From Vulcanimicrobiota bacterium (GTDB lineage: Bacteria > Vulcanimicrobiota > Vulcanimicrobiia > Vulcanimicrobiales > Vulcanimicrobiaceae): a DNA stretch of 64,000 nt. Both the position numbers and the translations under genes were made by a program. Positions 40,124-51,557 of the stretch are shown piece by piece (the first letter of the stretch is position 1; the number at the start of each line of letters is the position of its first letter). The DNA is taken from assembly GCA_963795855.1 (NCBI GenBank), contig CAWCIZ010000002.1, positions 384,001-448,000 on the forward strand, written 5' to 3'. Under the pieces are notes generated by a model, which saw only the letters and a program-made list of their open reading frames with translations, ran no database searches and had not been told where the DNA came from.

Positions 40124-41101
40124 TTATGAAGACGCCAGCTGAAGCGAACTCGACAAAAAGTCGCGAACGCTCGCGACCGGATGACGCTCGACGACCGCGA
40201 GATGTTCGGCAATCGCCGCGTTCGCGGCCTCTCGCGCACCCAGTTCCTCGAGCGCTTCGATGACCGCGGTTACCGTGGCCGCGGTGAGCGCTTCGCCTTG
40301 CGCGTACGCTTTCGCGATGCGGTCGCGCGCGGCGGAGCGCGGCTGCCCCAGCGCCCATACGACGGGGAAGGTCCACTTGCGGCGCGCGATATCGTTGCCC
40401 GTCACTTTGCCGGTGGCGTCGACGCTGCCCCAAATGCCGAGCACGTCGTCGCGGATTTGAAACGCGAGCCCGTACGCGTTGCCGAGTTCGCGATAGCGCA
40501 AGACGCCTTCGTCGCCGCACGGCGCGCACAAAGCACCCAGTTCCGAGGACGCGCCGAAAAGCGCCGCGGTCTTCGCGCCGATCATGCGATGATATTCGGG
40601 AATGTCGACGTGCGTCGCACGTTCGAACGCCAAGTCCATCGACTGCCCGTCGCACATCGTGGCGTGCGCTTCGTGCAGCGCGCGAACCATACGCAGCACG
40701 CGTTCGCCCGGATGACGCTGCGCTGCGTGCATCAGCACGAGAAAACTCAGCGCGCAGAGCGCGTCGCCGGCGTTGAGCGCTTGCGGGATGCCGTAGACGG
40801 ACCACAGCGTTCGTTTCCCATGCCGCAGTTCGTCCCCGTCTTCGATGTCGTCGTGTACGAGCGAATAATTGTGAAGAATTTCGATTGCGGCGGCCGCGTC
40901 GAGCGCGTCTTCCGGCGCGGCTCCTTCTGCGTCCGCCACGGCGAGCAGCAGCCGCGGCCGCAGACGCTTGCCGCGCCGAGCCGGCCCGTAGCCGCCGTAA
41001 CCGAAGTGGTAGCACAGCATATCGGCGACCTGTTCCGATCCCCGATACTCTTTGATCAAGCCCTCGAGATGGACTTCGAAGCGTTCTTTCTGCTCAATCA
41101 C
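40124..41101 (-). CDS. Short-chain polyprenyl diphosphate synthase (FPP/GGPP type)
   Basis: GKRLRP, HNYSLVHDDIED (aromatic at -5), KTA, AFQIRDD. Confidence 0.92.
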   Translation of the reverse strand: MIEQKERFEVHLEGLIKEYRGSEQVADMLCYHFGYGGYGPARRGKRLRPRLLLAVADAEGAAPEDALDAAAAIEILHNYSLVHDDIEDGDELRHGKRTLWSVYGIPQALNAGDALCALSFLVLMHAAQRHPGERVLRMVRALHEAHATMCDGQSMDLAFERATHVDIPEYHRMIGAKTAALFGASSELGALCAPCGDEGVLRYRELGNAYGLAFQIRDDVLGIWGSVDATGKVTGNDIARRKWTFPVVWALGQPRSAARDRIAKAYAQGEALTAATVTAVIEALEELGAREAANAAIAEHLAVVERHPVASVRDFLSSSLQLASS

Positions 41102-41688
41102 TGCGGTGCGGGCAGCGAGCGTATTGCCCGCATTACCTCGTCGGTGAAGTTCGCCATCTCTTCGCGGCTCGCTTTCCGATCCTGCGGCAAACTCAGCGGA
41201 GTTCCGAAGTAGACGCGAAACTGCTCGAACCGTTTGGCGGCGCCCGTTCCGACGACCCGCGCGGGTACGACCGGCGCTTTCCCGAGCGAGGCGAGCAGCG
41301 CGACGCCGCCGCGGGCTTCGGCATTTCCGCTCAAGTTGCGGCCGCCTTCCGGGAAAATGCCGATGGCGCCGCCTCTTCGCAGCACTTCAACGGAGCGCTT
41401 GATCGCCGATGCCGCCGAGCCTTCGCGGTCCACGGGATACGCGCCGACGGCACGAATCAGCGGCCCGAGCACCGGCACGCGAAACAACTCTTGCTTGGCC
41501 ATATACTGAATGCGGCGCGGGCTGGCCGTTCCCAGCGCGGGCGGATCGAAGTACGAGACGTGGTTGCACGCCACGATCACCGGCCCGCTTTTCGGCACGT
41601 GCTCCGTACCGTACGCGCGCATGCGCCACACGGTGCCGAACACGCCCCAGAACGAATACTTGGCGAGATCGTAGAGCAAGGGGTTCAT
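41098..41688 (-). CDS. plsC: 1-acyl-sn-glycerol-3-phosphate acyltransferase
   Basis: NHVSYFDP, MAKQELF, IFPEGGR. Confidence 0.93.
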   Translation of the reverse strand: MNPLLYDLAKYSFWGVFGTVWRMRAYGTEHVPKSGPVIVACNHVSYFDPPALGTASPRRIQYMAKQELFRVPVLGPLIRAVGAYPVDREGSAASAIKRSVEVLRRGGAIGIFPEGGRNLSGNAEARGGVALLASLGKAPVVPARVVGTGAAKRFEQFRVYFGTPLSLPQDRKASREEMANFTDEVMRAIRSLPAPQ

Positions 41689-42359
41689 ACCGCGGCCGCG
41701 CAGATCCGATCGACCACGTCTTCGATGCGCAGCGAACTGGAATCGATGACGACGGCGTCATCCGCTTTGCGAAGCGGCGAAACGGCACGGCTTTCGTCGA
41801 GGCGATCCCGTTCTTCGATCTCCTTGGCGAGTTCGTGCGCGCTGACGTCGACGCCGGCCTCCACCAACTGCGCGCGGCGCCGTTCGACGCGCGCCTGCAC
41901 CGACGCGGTAAGAAATATTTTCACTTGCGCATCCGGCAGCACCACGGTGCCGATGTCGCGTCCCACCATCACGACCGGACCGGCTTGGGCGATGCGCCGC
42001 TGTTCCTCCACCATCGCGGCGCGCACGCGCGCATGCGCGGCAATCGTCGAAACGACGGCCGTGACTTCCGGCGACTCCAAATCGTTTTGCGTGAGTTCGC
42101 GCTCGCCCGCGTAGATGCGAAAGCCGAGGGGCGCACTGCGATCGAGCGCGACTCGCACGCGGTGCTGCGCGCACAAACGCACGAGCGCGTTCTCGTTGTC
42201 GAGATCCGTTTGCGTGTGCAGCGCGGCGTACGCGAGCGCCCGGTACATCGCGCCGGTGTCCAAGTACAGCACCTTCAGGCGCTCGGCGACGCGGCGCGCG
42301 ACCGTCGTTTTTCCGGACGCTGCCGGCCCGTCGATGGCAATCTGCAGGTGGCGTGGCAC
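41685..42359 (-). CDS. cmk: Cytidylate kinase
   Basis: IAIDGPAASGKTT, DTGAMYR, GRDIGTVVLPDA, RDRLD. Confidence 0.96.
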   Translation of the reverse strand: MPRHLQIAIDGPAASGKTTVARRVAERLKVLYLDTGAMYRALAYAALHTQTDLDNENALVRLCAQHRVRVALDRSAPLGFRIYAGERELTQNDLESPEVTAVVSTIAAHARVRAAMVEEQRRIAQAGPVVMVGRDIGTVVLPDAQVKIFLTASVQARVERRRAQLVEAGVDVSAHELAKEIEERDRLDESRAVSPLRKADDAVVIDSSSLRIEDVVDRICAAAV

Positions 42360-42395
42360 GGAGGGCCTCTTTTTGCGCCCGTGAACAGTTGCCTT

Positions 42396-43724
42396 GTGGC
42401 AAAAGCGCGATCGGTCTACTTCTGCTCGGGATGCGGCTTCGAGTCGCCGCGTTGGCTCGGACGCTGTCCGCAGTGCGAAGCGTGGAACACGTTTGACGAA
42501 CGGCCGATGCGCGTCGTGGCGGCGCGCGCCGCGGCGACGGCGCCGCTGCGCAGCGAGTCCGGTCCGGTTTTGCTTCGCGACGTCGACGAAGCGCGCGTCG
42601 AACGCATGCGGACAGGTCTGGACGAATTCGACGCGGTGCTCGGCGGCGGCATCGTGCCCGGAAGTCTGACGCTCGTCGGCGGACCGCCGGGTGCGGGGAA
42701 GTCAACGCTGGTGCTGCAGATCGCGGGTGCGCTCGGCGGCAGCGTCGTGTATTTGTGCGGCGAAGAATCGGCCGCGCAGGTAAAGCTGCGCGCGCAGCGG
42801 CTGGGCGTGGTCGCCGACGTCTTGGTATTCGCCGAAACGAATCTGCGCACGGTGTTGGATCATCTCGAGAAGCATCCGCCGAGCGTGCTGATCGTCGACT
42901 CCATTCAAACGGTGTGGCTGCCCGAATCGGAATCGTACGCCGGAAGCGTGACGCAAGTGCGCGATTGCACGCAAGCCGTCATGGAGTTTTCGAAACGCAC
43001 GGGATGCGCGACGTTCATCGTGGGCCACGTCACGAAAGAAGGCACGATCGCCGGCCCGCGCCTGCTCGAACATCTCGTCGATACGGTGCTGTACTTCGAA
43101 GGCGAAGCGAACGGCGACTACCGCATTTTGCGCGCGTACAAGAACCGGTTCGGCAGCGTCGACGAGATCTGCGTGTTCGCGATGCACGGCGACGGTCTGC
43201 ACGAGGTGGGCAACCCGTCCGAAATTTTCTTGGCGCGGTCGGGACGCAACGACGCGGCGCAACCGTCTCGAACCGGCTCGTGCGTCGTGGCGAGCATCGT
43301 CGGCTCGCGCCCGGTGCTCGTGGAAGTGCAGGCGCTCGTCGGCGAAAGCAGCTACGGAACCCCGCGCCGTCTTGCGAACAACGTCGATCAAGCGCGCCTG
43401 GCGATGATTATCGCGGTGCTGGAGCGCCGCGCCGGTCTGCATCTGGGCGCGCACGACATCTATGCATCCGTCGCGGGCGGCTTGCGCATTCAAGAACCCG
43501 CGGCCGACTTGGGCATCGCGCTCGCAATCGCGTCGTCGTTTCGAAATCGCGCTCTTGCCGCAGACGCGGTCGCATTCGGCGAACTCGGGCTCTCCGGTGA
43601 AGTGCGCGCCGTCAATGCGGCCTCACGCCGTATCGCCGAAGCGAACAAACTCGGCTATCGCACGCTCTACACGCCGCAAAACTGCGCGGACGTCGCACGA
43701 GCGATCGACGCCGCATGCTCTTAG
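42396..43724 (+). CDS. radA: DNA repair protein RadA/Sms
   Basis: CSGCG...GRCPQC Zn finger, GPPGAGKST, KNRFG, FGELGLSGEVR. Confidence 0.96.
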   Translation: MAKARSVYFCSGCGFESPRWLGRCPQCEAWNTFDERPMRVVAARAAATAPLRSESGPVLLRDVDEARVERMRTGLDEFDAVLGGGIVPGSLTLVGGPPGAGKSTLVLQIAGALGGSVVYLCGEESAAQVKLRAQRLGVVADVLVFAETNLRTVLDHLEKHPPSVLIVDSIQTVWLPESESYAGSVTQVRDCTQAVMEFSKRTGCATFIVGHVTKEGTIAGPRLLEHLVDTVLYFEGEANGDYRILRAYKNRFGSVDEICVFAMHGDGLHEVGNPSEIFLARSGRNDAAQPSRTGSCVVASIVGSRPVLVEVQALVGESSYGTPRRLANNVDQARLAMIIAVLERRAGLHLGAHDIYASVAGGLRIQEPAADLGIALAIASSFRNRALAADAVAFGELGLSGEVRAVNAASRRIAEANKLGYRTLYTPQNCADVARAIDAACS

Positions 43725-44575
43725 AGTGCGTTCCGAACATCTCCGAAGGACGCGCGACGGAGACGATCGACCGCTGCGCCGAAGCCGTCAGCGCGAGCGG
43801 CGCGCGCGTCCTGCACCGGACGAGCGACGCCGTTCACAACCGCAGCGTGCTCACCATCGCCGGCGGCTTCGATGAATTGCGTAAGGCCGCGGTTGCGCTG
43901 GCCGCGATCACCATCGAACGCATCGACCTGCGCGCGCACAGCGGCGTTCATCCGCGTATCGGCGCGCTGGACGTGCTGCCCTTCGTCCCGCTGCGCGATG
44001 CGGACATGGCCGACGCCGTCGGTCTCGCGCGCGAAACCGCGGCCGCGATTTGGGAGCGTTTCCGCGTACCTTCCTTCTTATACGGGGAGGCCGCGGCGAC
44101 GCCGTTGCGGCGAAATCTCGCCGCGGTCCGTCAAGGACAGTTCGAAGGCCTCGACGTCCGGTTCGAACTTCCGGACTGGCGGCCGGATTTCGGCGACGTC
44201 GCCAAACATCCGACCGCAGGCGCAATCGCCGTGGGCGCTCGGTCCATTCTCATCGCGTTTAACGTCGAACTCGCAACCGGGGACCTGGGCGTCGCGAAGC
44301 GCATCGCTCGCACCTTGCGCGAGCGAGACGGCGGCCTGCGGACGCTCAAGGCGCTGGGTCTGCGCTTGAGCGACGAGGTGGTCCAAGTCTCGCTCAACGT
44401 CACGGATTACCGCGCCACCCCGCTCTACCGCATCGTGGAACTCATTCGGGGCCTTGCAAGCCAAGCGGGCGTCGGCGTACTGCGTTCGGAATTGATCGGA
44501 TGCATGCCCTACGCCGCCGTGGAAGAATCCGCACTTTATTATCTCGGCGTGAGCCCGATGGAGAACCCGCAATGA
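43715..44575 (+). CDS. ftcD: Glutamate formiminotransferase (stand-alone)
   Basis: LECVPNISEGR, HNRSV, GVHPRIGALDV.PF, HPTAGA, SELIG. Confidence 0.93.
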   Translation: MLLECVPNISEGRATETIDRCAEAVSASGARVLHRTSDAVHNRSVLTIAGGFDELRKAAVALAAITIERIDLRAHSGVHPRIGALDVLPFVPLRDADMADAVGLARETAAAIWERFRVPSFLYGEAAATPLRRNLAAVRQGQFEGLDVRFELPDWRPDFGDVAKHPTAGAIAVGARSILIAFNVELATGDLGVAKRIARTLRERDGGLRTLKALGLRLSDEVVQVSLNVTDYRATPLYRIVELIRGLASQAGVGVLRSELIGCMPYAAVEESALYYLGVSPMENPQ

Positions 44576-45033
44576 CCACTGCGCAGCCTTCGGTTCCTTT
44601 GCCGACGCTCGACATGGAAAACAATCCGCTCGTCGACGACGTCAATGCGATGCACCAAAAGCAGCTCAGCGCGACGGAAAAGATCTGCCGCAAAATCGCG
44701 GACGCCACGGGCGCGCCTGTGTCGCTGCTGCTGGCGATCGTCGTGCAGTTCATTTGGATCGGCCTCGGCGCCGCCACGCATTGGGATCCGTTTCCCTTCG
44801 TCTTCTTGCTGACGTGTTCCAACGTGCTGCAGCTCATCCTCATCTTCGTCATCGCTGTGGCGCAGAAGCAGCAGACGCAGCACGACGAATTGCGCGCCGA
44901 GGCGGATCACGATTCCATTTCGCGCTTGCTCTACCATCAGCAGCTGCAGAACGAACTGCTCGTGCGCATCGCCGAGCGCTGCGGCGCCGACGTGGCCGAT
45001 CTCAAATCCGCAGCGGCGACGCTCGCAGGATGA
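44572..45033 (+). CDS. DUF1003-like membrane protein
   Basis: WDPFPFVFL...I.VAQ..Q pattern. Confidence 0.8.
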   Translation: MTTAQPSVPLPTLDMENNPLVDDVNAMHQKQLSATEKICRKIADATGAPVSLLLAIVVQFIWIGLGAATHWDPFPFVFLLTCSNVLQLILIFVIAVAQKQQTQHDELRAEADHDSISRLLYHQQLQNELLVRIAERCGADVADLKSAAATLAG

Positions 45034-47723
45034 AGCGCTTTTTCGTTTGTCTGTTTGCCGGCTGCGCGCTGCTTTTCGCGCCGCTTGCCGCGCAGTCCCA
45101 ACCGGCCGACGAAGGCATCGGCGATCGCGGCGTCTATCAAACCCGCCTCTCAAACGGCCTGCAGGTGATCGTCGTCGAAGATCGTGCCGCGCCGGTCGTG
45201 CACACGTCGATGTGGTACCGCTTCGGCTCGCTGTATGAGACGCCCGGAAAGACGGGCTTGGCTCACGCGCTGGAGCACATGATGTTCCGCGGAACGCCGA
45301 GCCTGAGCGCGGGAGGGCTCGACGACGTGATCGCGCGCCTGGGCGCGCAGATGAACGGCGAAACGCAGTACGATTACACGTCCTTCCTGTTCGACATGCC
45401 CGCCGATCGCCTCAACGTCGCACTGCAGATCGAGGCGGACCGCATGCAGCATTTGGCGATTCGACCGCAAGACTGGCATGTCGAGCAGCGCGCCGTGCTC
45501 AACGAAATCGACGGCGACGAAAGCTCGCCGTTCTTCAATCTGCTCTCGCGCGTGCGCGCCGCTGCCTATCCGGGCGTGCCCGCGGGCCGTACGCCGACCG
45601 GAGTTCGTTCCGACGTTGCGAACGCGCAAGCGTCGGACATCCGCCGCTATTACGACGAATGGTACGCGCCGAACAATGCTGCGCTCGTCGTCGCCGGCGA
45701 CGTCAAGCACGAGGCGGTGTTCGCGCTGGCGCGGCGGTACTTCGCCGGGATTCACGCGCGGCAGCTCCCGCAGCACGTTTCCCGCCATCCGGTTGCAGCT
45801 ACCGGCAAAACGGTGAACGCGGAATTCCCGTTTCCGTTTGAAGTGCTCGACATGGCGTACGCGATTCCGGGCGATACGGAACGCGGCGAGCCCGCGGTGA
45901 GCACGCTCTCAAACCTCATTCCGAACGAACGTGGGCCCTTCTATCAGGCGCTCGTCGCCGGAAACGTCGCGCTCGCAATCGATGCCAACGCCGACACGCA
46001 GCTGCGCGGCGGACTCATGCATGTTTTCATCGTGCTCAATCCGGGTCACAGCGGCGCGGAGGCGCAGCAGATCTTTCAAAACACGATGAACGCCGCGCTG
46101 GCGCATGGGTTCGACACGGACCTGGTGGCTGCGGCAAAGCGTCAGGCGCTCGCGGAGCGCGCGTACGATGCGGATTCGATCGGCGGATACGGCGACTTGG
46201 TGGGGTATACGTACGCCGTCGTGCACGAACGGGATCGCGATGAAGATGCGCGTCTTGCCGCGCTTACGCCGGCCGACGTGCTCGCAGCAGCGCGGACGTA
46301 TCTCGCGAAACCGAACGTCGTCGGACATCTCACGCCGAACGATCGCCCGGGCGGGTCCTCGCAAAAGAGCAGCGCCGGCGCATCCGACAACTTCAGCGGC
46401 CGCGTTCCGAGCGGGCCGATGGTCGAGCCTGCCTCCATGCGCGCCGAAGTGCAAAAGCCGACCGGTGCGCGAAGCAATTTGGCTCCGGTCGAGTTTACGC
46501 TCGCCAACGGCGTGCGCGTCATCGTGCAAGAGAAGCACGATCGCCCGACCGTGTACATCGGCGGCGCGATAGACTCGTCACCCGCATTCGTCCCGCCGGG
46601 AAAAGAAGGCATCGCGCGATTAGCCGACGCCATGGCCGATTTCGGCAGCGAACATTACGATTTCAACCAATTGCGCAAAGCCACGGACGACATCGGCGCT
46701 TCCGTCTCACTCGGTCAATCGTTCGCGGCGCACGGGTTCGCGAACGATTTCGAAACGCTGCTCGGCATACTCGCCGACAGCGAAGAGCACCCGACATTCC
46801 CGGCGCGATGGCTTACGCTGCAGCAGTCGCAGTCTGCGAACAGCATCGACAGCGAAAACAGCATTTCCGGTGTGCTGGTAGATCGCGCGTACTTGCAGCA
46901 CCTGCTCTCGCCGGAGGATCCCGCCCTTCGCTATGCGACCCAAGGGTCCGTCAACTCCATTACGCGCGACGATCTGCTTGCGTATACGCAGCGCTATTGG
47001 CGTCCGGATCTCACGACGATCGCTATCGTTGGCGACATTACGCCGGAGCGCGCGCGCCGCGCGATGCAAGCCGCATTCGGAAGTTGGAGCAACGACGGCC
47101 CGAAGCCGTCCGTCACGCAGCTCCCGCTGCCCGCGGCGCATACCGGGCATGCCTACATCGGCACCGCCGCCAATCAAGTGTTCATGCAGCTCGGACAGCC
47201 GGCGGTTTCGCGAACCAGTCCCGACTACGACGCGTTTTCGCTGCTGACCGAGATCATCGGCGGCCCGGGCTACTTCGAGTCGCGCTTGTGGCAGGAACTT
47301 CGCCAAAAACGCGGTTTGGTGTACGGCGTGAGCAGCCGGATGAAGGCCGACCGCGATCGCGGCGACTTGGAAATCATGCTCAATGCTTCTCCGCAAAACG
47401 TCGAGCCGTCGATCGGGATCGTACGCGACCAGCTCGAACGGCTGCGCACGCAGCCTGTGTCGCAAACGGAGCTGCAAGACGCGAAAATTCGTCTGGTGTC
47501 GTCCGCGCTTCTGAGCGAAGCGTCGGCGAGCGGTCAGCTCGATCAAATCTCGGAGATCGCGCAAAACGGCTTGCCGCTGGATTATTACCGGACGCTCGCG
47601 CAGCGTTACGCGACAATCACGCCCACGGACATCCAGCGCGTCGCCAAAGCGTATTTGCGCCCCGACCGCTTGATCGAGGTCTTTTCCGGACCCGAGGGGC
47701 CATGGGCGAATCAGGGCCTGTAA
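45030..47723 (+). CDS. M16 family zinc peptidase (secreted, two-module)
   Basis: Signal peptide; TGLAHALEHMMFRGT (HxxEH), WYAPNNA, SRLWQELRQKRGLVY. Confidence 0.93.
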   Translation: MKRFFVCLFAGCALLFAPLAAQSQPADEGIGDRGVYQTRLSNGLQVIVVEDRAAPVVHTSMWYRFGSLYETPGKTGLAHALEHMMFRGTPSLSAGGLDDVIARLGAQMNGETQYDYTSFLFDMPADRLNVALQIEADRMQHLAIRPQDWHVEQRAVLNEIDGDESSPFFNLLSRVRAAAYPGVPAGRTPTGVRSDVANAQASDIRRYYDEWYAPNNAALVVAGDVKHEAVFALARRYFAGIHARQLPQHVSRHPVAATGKTVNAEFPFPFEVLDMAYAIPGDTERGEPAVSTLSNLIPNERGPFYQALVAGNVALAIDANADTQLRGGLMHVFIVLNPGHSGAEAQQIFQNTMNAALAHGFDTDLVAAAKRQALAERAYDADSIGGYGDLVGYTYAVVHERDRDEDARLAALTPADVLAAARTYLAKPNVVGHLTPNDRPGGSSQKSSAGASDNFSGRVPSGPMVEPASMRAEVQKPTGARSNLAPVEFTLANGVRVIVQEKHDRPTVYIGGAIDSSPAFVPPGKEGIARLADAMADFGSEHYDFNQLRKATDDIGASVSLGQSFAAHGFANDFETLLGILADSEEHPTFPARWLTLQQSQSANSIDSENSISGVLVDRAYLQHLLSPEDPALRYATQGSVNSITRDDLLAYTQRYWRPDLTTIAIVGDITPERARRAMQAAFGSWSNDGPKPSVTQLPLPAAHTGHAYIGTAANQVFMQLGQPAVSRTSPDYDAFSLLTEIIGGPGYFESRLWQELRQKRGLVYGVSSRMKADRDRGDLEIMLNASPQNVEPSIGIVRDQLERLRTQPVSQTELQDAKIRLVSSALLSEASASGQLDQISEIAQNGLPLDYYRTLAQRYATITPTDIQRVAKAYLRPDRLIEVFSGPEGPWANQGL

Positions 47724-49090
47724 TCGTCACGATCAACCCGGCGACCGGCGGCGAACTCGAGCGCTTTTCGTACATGAGCGCCGCTGAAATCGACGCGCGG
47801 TTGGACGCGGCACGCGCGGCTTTTCTTTCGTGGCGCCGCGTGCACGTCCCGGATCGCGCGGCGCTCCTGAGTTCGCTTGCAGCCACGCTGCGCGCAAACG
47901 CGGAGCCGCTCGCTCAGACGGCGGTGCGCGAGATGGGCAAGCCAATCGTTCAAGCGCGCGCGGAAGTCGAAAAATGTGCTTGGTGCTGCGAGTTCTTCGC
48001 ACAGCGGGCCCCGTCCATGCTCGCGGATCGCGAGGTGCGCCTCGACGGCGCGCAGAGTTACGTCGCTCTGCGACCGCTCGGGGTCATCTTCGCAATCATG
48101 CCGTGGAACTTTCCGTACTGGCAAGTCTTTCGCGCCGCGGTTCCCGCGCTCGCGGCAGGCAATGCCATCGTGCTCAAGCATGCCGACGGAACGACTCGCT
48201 GCGGTGTGGAGATCGAGCGGATCTTTCGCGAAGCCGGCGCGCCCGAGAATCTGTTTCAGACCCTGCTCATCGACCACGACGCCGCCGATGCGCGAATCTC
48301 GGACGAACGCATTGCCGCGGTTACATTGACGGGAAGCGAGCGCGCGGGCGTTTCCGTCGCATCCGCCGCCGGACAAGCGCTCAAGAAATCGGTTCTGGAG
48401 CTCGGCGGTTCGGATCCGTTCATCGTGCTCGCCGATGCGGACGTCGACCTGGCAGTCGAAAACGCGGTGAAGTCGCGCTTTCAAAACAACGGTCAGAGCT
48501 GCATCGCCGCCAAGCGCTTTATCATCGAAGAGGGCGTTTACGAACGCTTCCTGCGCAACTTCGGGGCGGCGGCGGCGGAGCAGCGCGTGGGCGATCCGCA
48601 AGACGAGCACACGCAAATCGGTCCCGTCGCGCGCGCAGATCTGCGCGATGCGATCTATCGCCAAGTGACGGACACGGTGGTCGACGGAGGCCGCATCGTC
48701 ACCGGCGGCGCGCCGCTCGAACGCGCCGGGTTCTTCTTTCAGCCGACCGTCGTTGCAGACGTCGACCTTTCGTCGCCGATGTTCCGCGAGGAAACGTTCG
48801 GGCCCGCGGCGGCGGTAATGAAAGCGCGGGACGACGAGCACGCGATCGAACTCGCGAACGCGACGGCTTTCGGTCTAGGCGCAAACATTTGGACGCGCGA
48901 CGTTGCGCATGCGGCACGCATGGCGGCGTTGCTCGAAGCCGGCATGGTGTTCGTGAACGGCATGGTCGCAAGCGACCCGCGTCTGCCGTTCGGCGGCGTC
49001 AAACGCAGCGGCTACGGCAGAGAACTCTCCGACCTCGGGCTGCACGAATTCGTCAACGAGCAAACCGTCTGGATTGCAGCCCCGGAGTAG
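47702..49090 (+). CDS. NAD(P)-dependent succinate-semialdehyde dehydrogenase-like aldehyde dehydrogenase
   Basis: [49 protein letters not shown]. Confidence 0.93.
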   Translation: MGESGPVIVTINPATGGELERFSYMSAAEIDARLDAARAAFLSWRRVHVPDRAALLSSLAATLRANAEPLAQTAVREMGKPIVQARAEVEKCAWCCEFFAQRAPSMLADREVRLDGAQSYVALRPLGVIFAIMPWNFPYWQVFRAAVPALAAGNAIVLKHADGTTRCGVEIERIFREAGAPENLFQTLLIDHDAADARISDERIAAVTLTGSERAGVSVASAAGQALKKSVLELGGSDPFIVLADADVDLAVENAVKSRFQNNGQSCIAAKRFIIEEGVYERFLRNFGAAAAEQRVGDPQDEHTQIGPVARADLRDAIYRQVTDTVVDGGRIVTGGAPLERAGFFFQPTVVADVDLSSPMFREETFGPAAAVMKARDDEHAIELANATAFGLGANIWTRDVAHAARMAALLEAGMVFVNGMVASDPRLPFGGVKRSGYGRELSDLGLHEFVNEQTVWIAAPE

Positions 49091-50487
49091 CGGCCGAAAT
49101 TGCGGCGCCGGCCGCCAGCAGCAATCCGGCCCACGTGAGAGCGCGCAGCGCCCACGTAATGGCGCTGCCCGTTGAGAGCGCGCCTTGCACCGCAGCGCGC
49201 CAAGTTGCCTGCGGGTAGAGCGGATCGAGCGGCGCTGCTGCTGCGGCTGCGGCGCGCAAGACGTGCGCGGCATGCGCGTTGAACGCGGGCGCAAAGAAAA
49301 GCAGCGCGCACGCGGCCGCGGCACATACGAACGCGCTCGCCGTGCGCTTGCCGCCGAGTTGCCACACCTCGTAAAACACGACGAGCGCGGCAGTCGCCGG
49401 GAACGCGGCACGCAATCCGCCGTCGAGCACCGTATACCACGGAACCGATAGCAGTACGATGGAAACGAGCAGGATCGCGCGCGTGCGCGTATCGTGCCGA
49501 AATAACAGCAAGGCGAGCGGAAGGGCGGCGAAGACCTCGGTGACGTGCATGAACGTTCCGCCGATAGCCGCGAACGCGGCGGGCACGGCGACCAAAAACG
49601 CGTCGTCGTCAAAACGCTCCGAGAGTATCTTTCCGATCGCAACGCTCGCGCCGATTCCGCCGATATAAGCGATGGCGCCCGCGCGCAGCGCGGCCTGTTC
49701 GGAAACGTTGAAGGCATGCAGCAGCGCAGAAAGGCTGATCTGCGCGTCCGAGGTGAGTTCGGATCGAGCGTGCAGCGGAAGCACCGTGACGGCGTACTCG
49801 ACCGTTTCCCGCCATCCACCGGCAACGACGCATAGTGCGAGCAGCGCGCCGGCGCTCGCGAGTATTGAAACGCGCGCCGAGCGGTTCCAAACGGCCAGCG
49901 CGACGCATATCGGCAATCCGAGGTGCGGTTCGACCAACGTCGCCGCCGCGGCAACGCCGGCCAGGCCCCATTTGCCGCGCTGCGCGCAGAGCGCCGCCGT
50001 GCAGCACGCAGTCTGCAAAGAGCGGAAAGATTTGCCCGAACGCGAGCGACGGCAACATGAGCGATGCTGCGAAGGCGATGAAGACGACGCCAGGCGGCGC
50101 GCCCGTCACGAGCACCGCCGCGATCAACAGCAGTGCGATCGCCGCGCCGAGCAGCGCGCCCCACAGTGATTTCGCCATCGCGAACGGCACGCGCGACAAT
50201 ACCGAGAACGCTGCGATGTCATAAAGCGGCTGAGGCGCCGGAAGCGCGGCGCCCCGCGGCAGCGCGGCATACGTTCCGTCCGTCAGCCGGTGTTCGCACG
50301 CGGAAAGCGGCTCCGCATGATACGGATCGGCGCCGCCGCGCAGCGCGGCTCCGGCGCAGTAAAACGCTTGAAAGTCGTACGCGCCTCGGTGTGCGTCGCC
50401 GAGCAGGACGAAGCCGAGCGCCGCGCCCGCGAGCACCAGCGCAGCCGCAATCGCTCGTCTTTGTGGAAGACGGGTTTTCAAAGGCAC
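49053..50487 (-). CDS. Polytopic membrane protein, GT87/DUF2029-like; frameshift near 50013
   Basis: YDFQAFYCAG...G.DPY in the N-half; GQ and EPHLGLP; many TM segments across two frames. Confidence 0.65.
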
Positions 50488-50572
50488 TTCTCTGGCAATA
50501 TCGGACGTCCGGAAAAACGGCCTTAGGCGCCGTTAGCGGGCGTGTTCCCGTGCCGCTACCCCAAAATCGCCT

Positions 50573-51545
50573 TTTCTGCGAAAACCCAACGCGTCGGGTT
50601 TTGGGAAAAACGGCAAATCACTTGGAACTGAAGAGCAGCGCGTGTTTCTGAGGCGCCGGGGTTGCGTTGCCGCGCTGCTGCTGCTGCTCTATGAGGAGAC
50701 CTGTCCTGCGCCAGCGTGAGGCGACCTCTGAAAAGGGCATTTCTGCGATAACCCAACGCGTCGGGTTTTTGCAAAAAATGCAAAAATGACGTAGGCAGCG
50801 TCGTCAGGCTGAAGCGGTGCGCGATCGCTACGGACTGCCGTGTCCGTGCGAACTTCGTCGGGAGTTGGGATTTATTTTTGGTCGTCGTCGTAATAACCAA
50901 CGCGTTGGCTTTTGCGAAAAACGCCAAATCAGGTTGGAACCGGAGAGCAGCGTGCGTTTCTGAGGCGCAGGCGGTTGCGTTGCCGCGGCTGCTGCTGATA
51001 AGGCCGGTCCTGCGTCAGCGTGAGGCGACCTCTGAAAACGGCATTCCTGCGAAAACCCAACACGTTGGGTTTTGGGAAAAACGGCAAATCACTTGAACTG
51101 GAGAGCACCGCGCGTCTCTGAGGCGACGCGGTTGCGTTACGCGATGCTGCTATGAGGCCGGTCCTGCGCCAGCGTGAGGCGACCTCTGAAAAGGGCATTT
51201 CTGTGAAAACCCAACGCGTTGGGTTCTGCAAAAAATGCAAAATGACGTAGGCAGCGTCGTCAGGCTGAAGCGCCGCACAGATCGGTATGGACTGCCACGT
51301 CCGTGAAAACTCGGTTCGGAGCTTGGATTTACATTAGGGTCGTCGGTCGTGAAACCCAACGCGTTCGGCTTCTTGCAAAAAATGCAAGATGGTGTTGGCG
51401 ATGTGTCGGGTGAAGCGCTGCACGATCGCTGTGGACTGCCGCGTCCGTGCGAACTTCCGTTCGGAGCTGAGGGATTTACATTTGGGTCGTCGTCGTGATA
51501 ACCCAACGCGTCGGGTTTTTCCGAAAAACGCAAAATGACGTAAGG
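50573..51545. repeat. Mosaic array: seven copies of palindrome AAAACCCAACGCGTTGGGTTTT with two recurring linker types
   Basis: Core at about 50584, 50751, 50895, 51055, 51209, 51354 and 51501; linker order A,B,A,A,B,B. Confidence 0.92.
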
Positions 51546-51557
51546 AGGCTCCAGACT

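Noticed and set aside
41409..42395. Long N-terminal extensions in the ORF track (radA, hppA, GT4s, M16, aldehyde dehydrogenase, ispF, pgl)
   Set aside because: They overlap real genes in other frames or strands or precede a better RBS-backed start; artefacts of high GC and longest-ORF calling.
50573..51545. CRISPR array
   Set aside because: The linkers are about 120-145 bp and recur as two families instead of being unique 25-45 bp spacers; no cas genes in the window.
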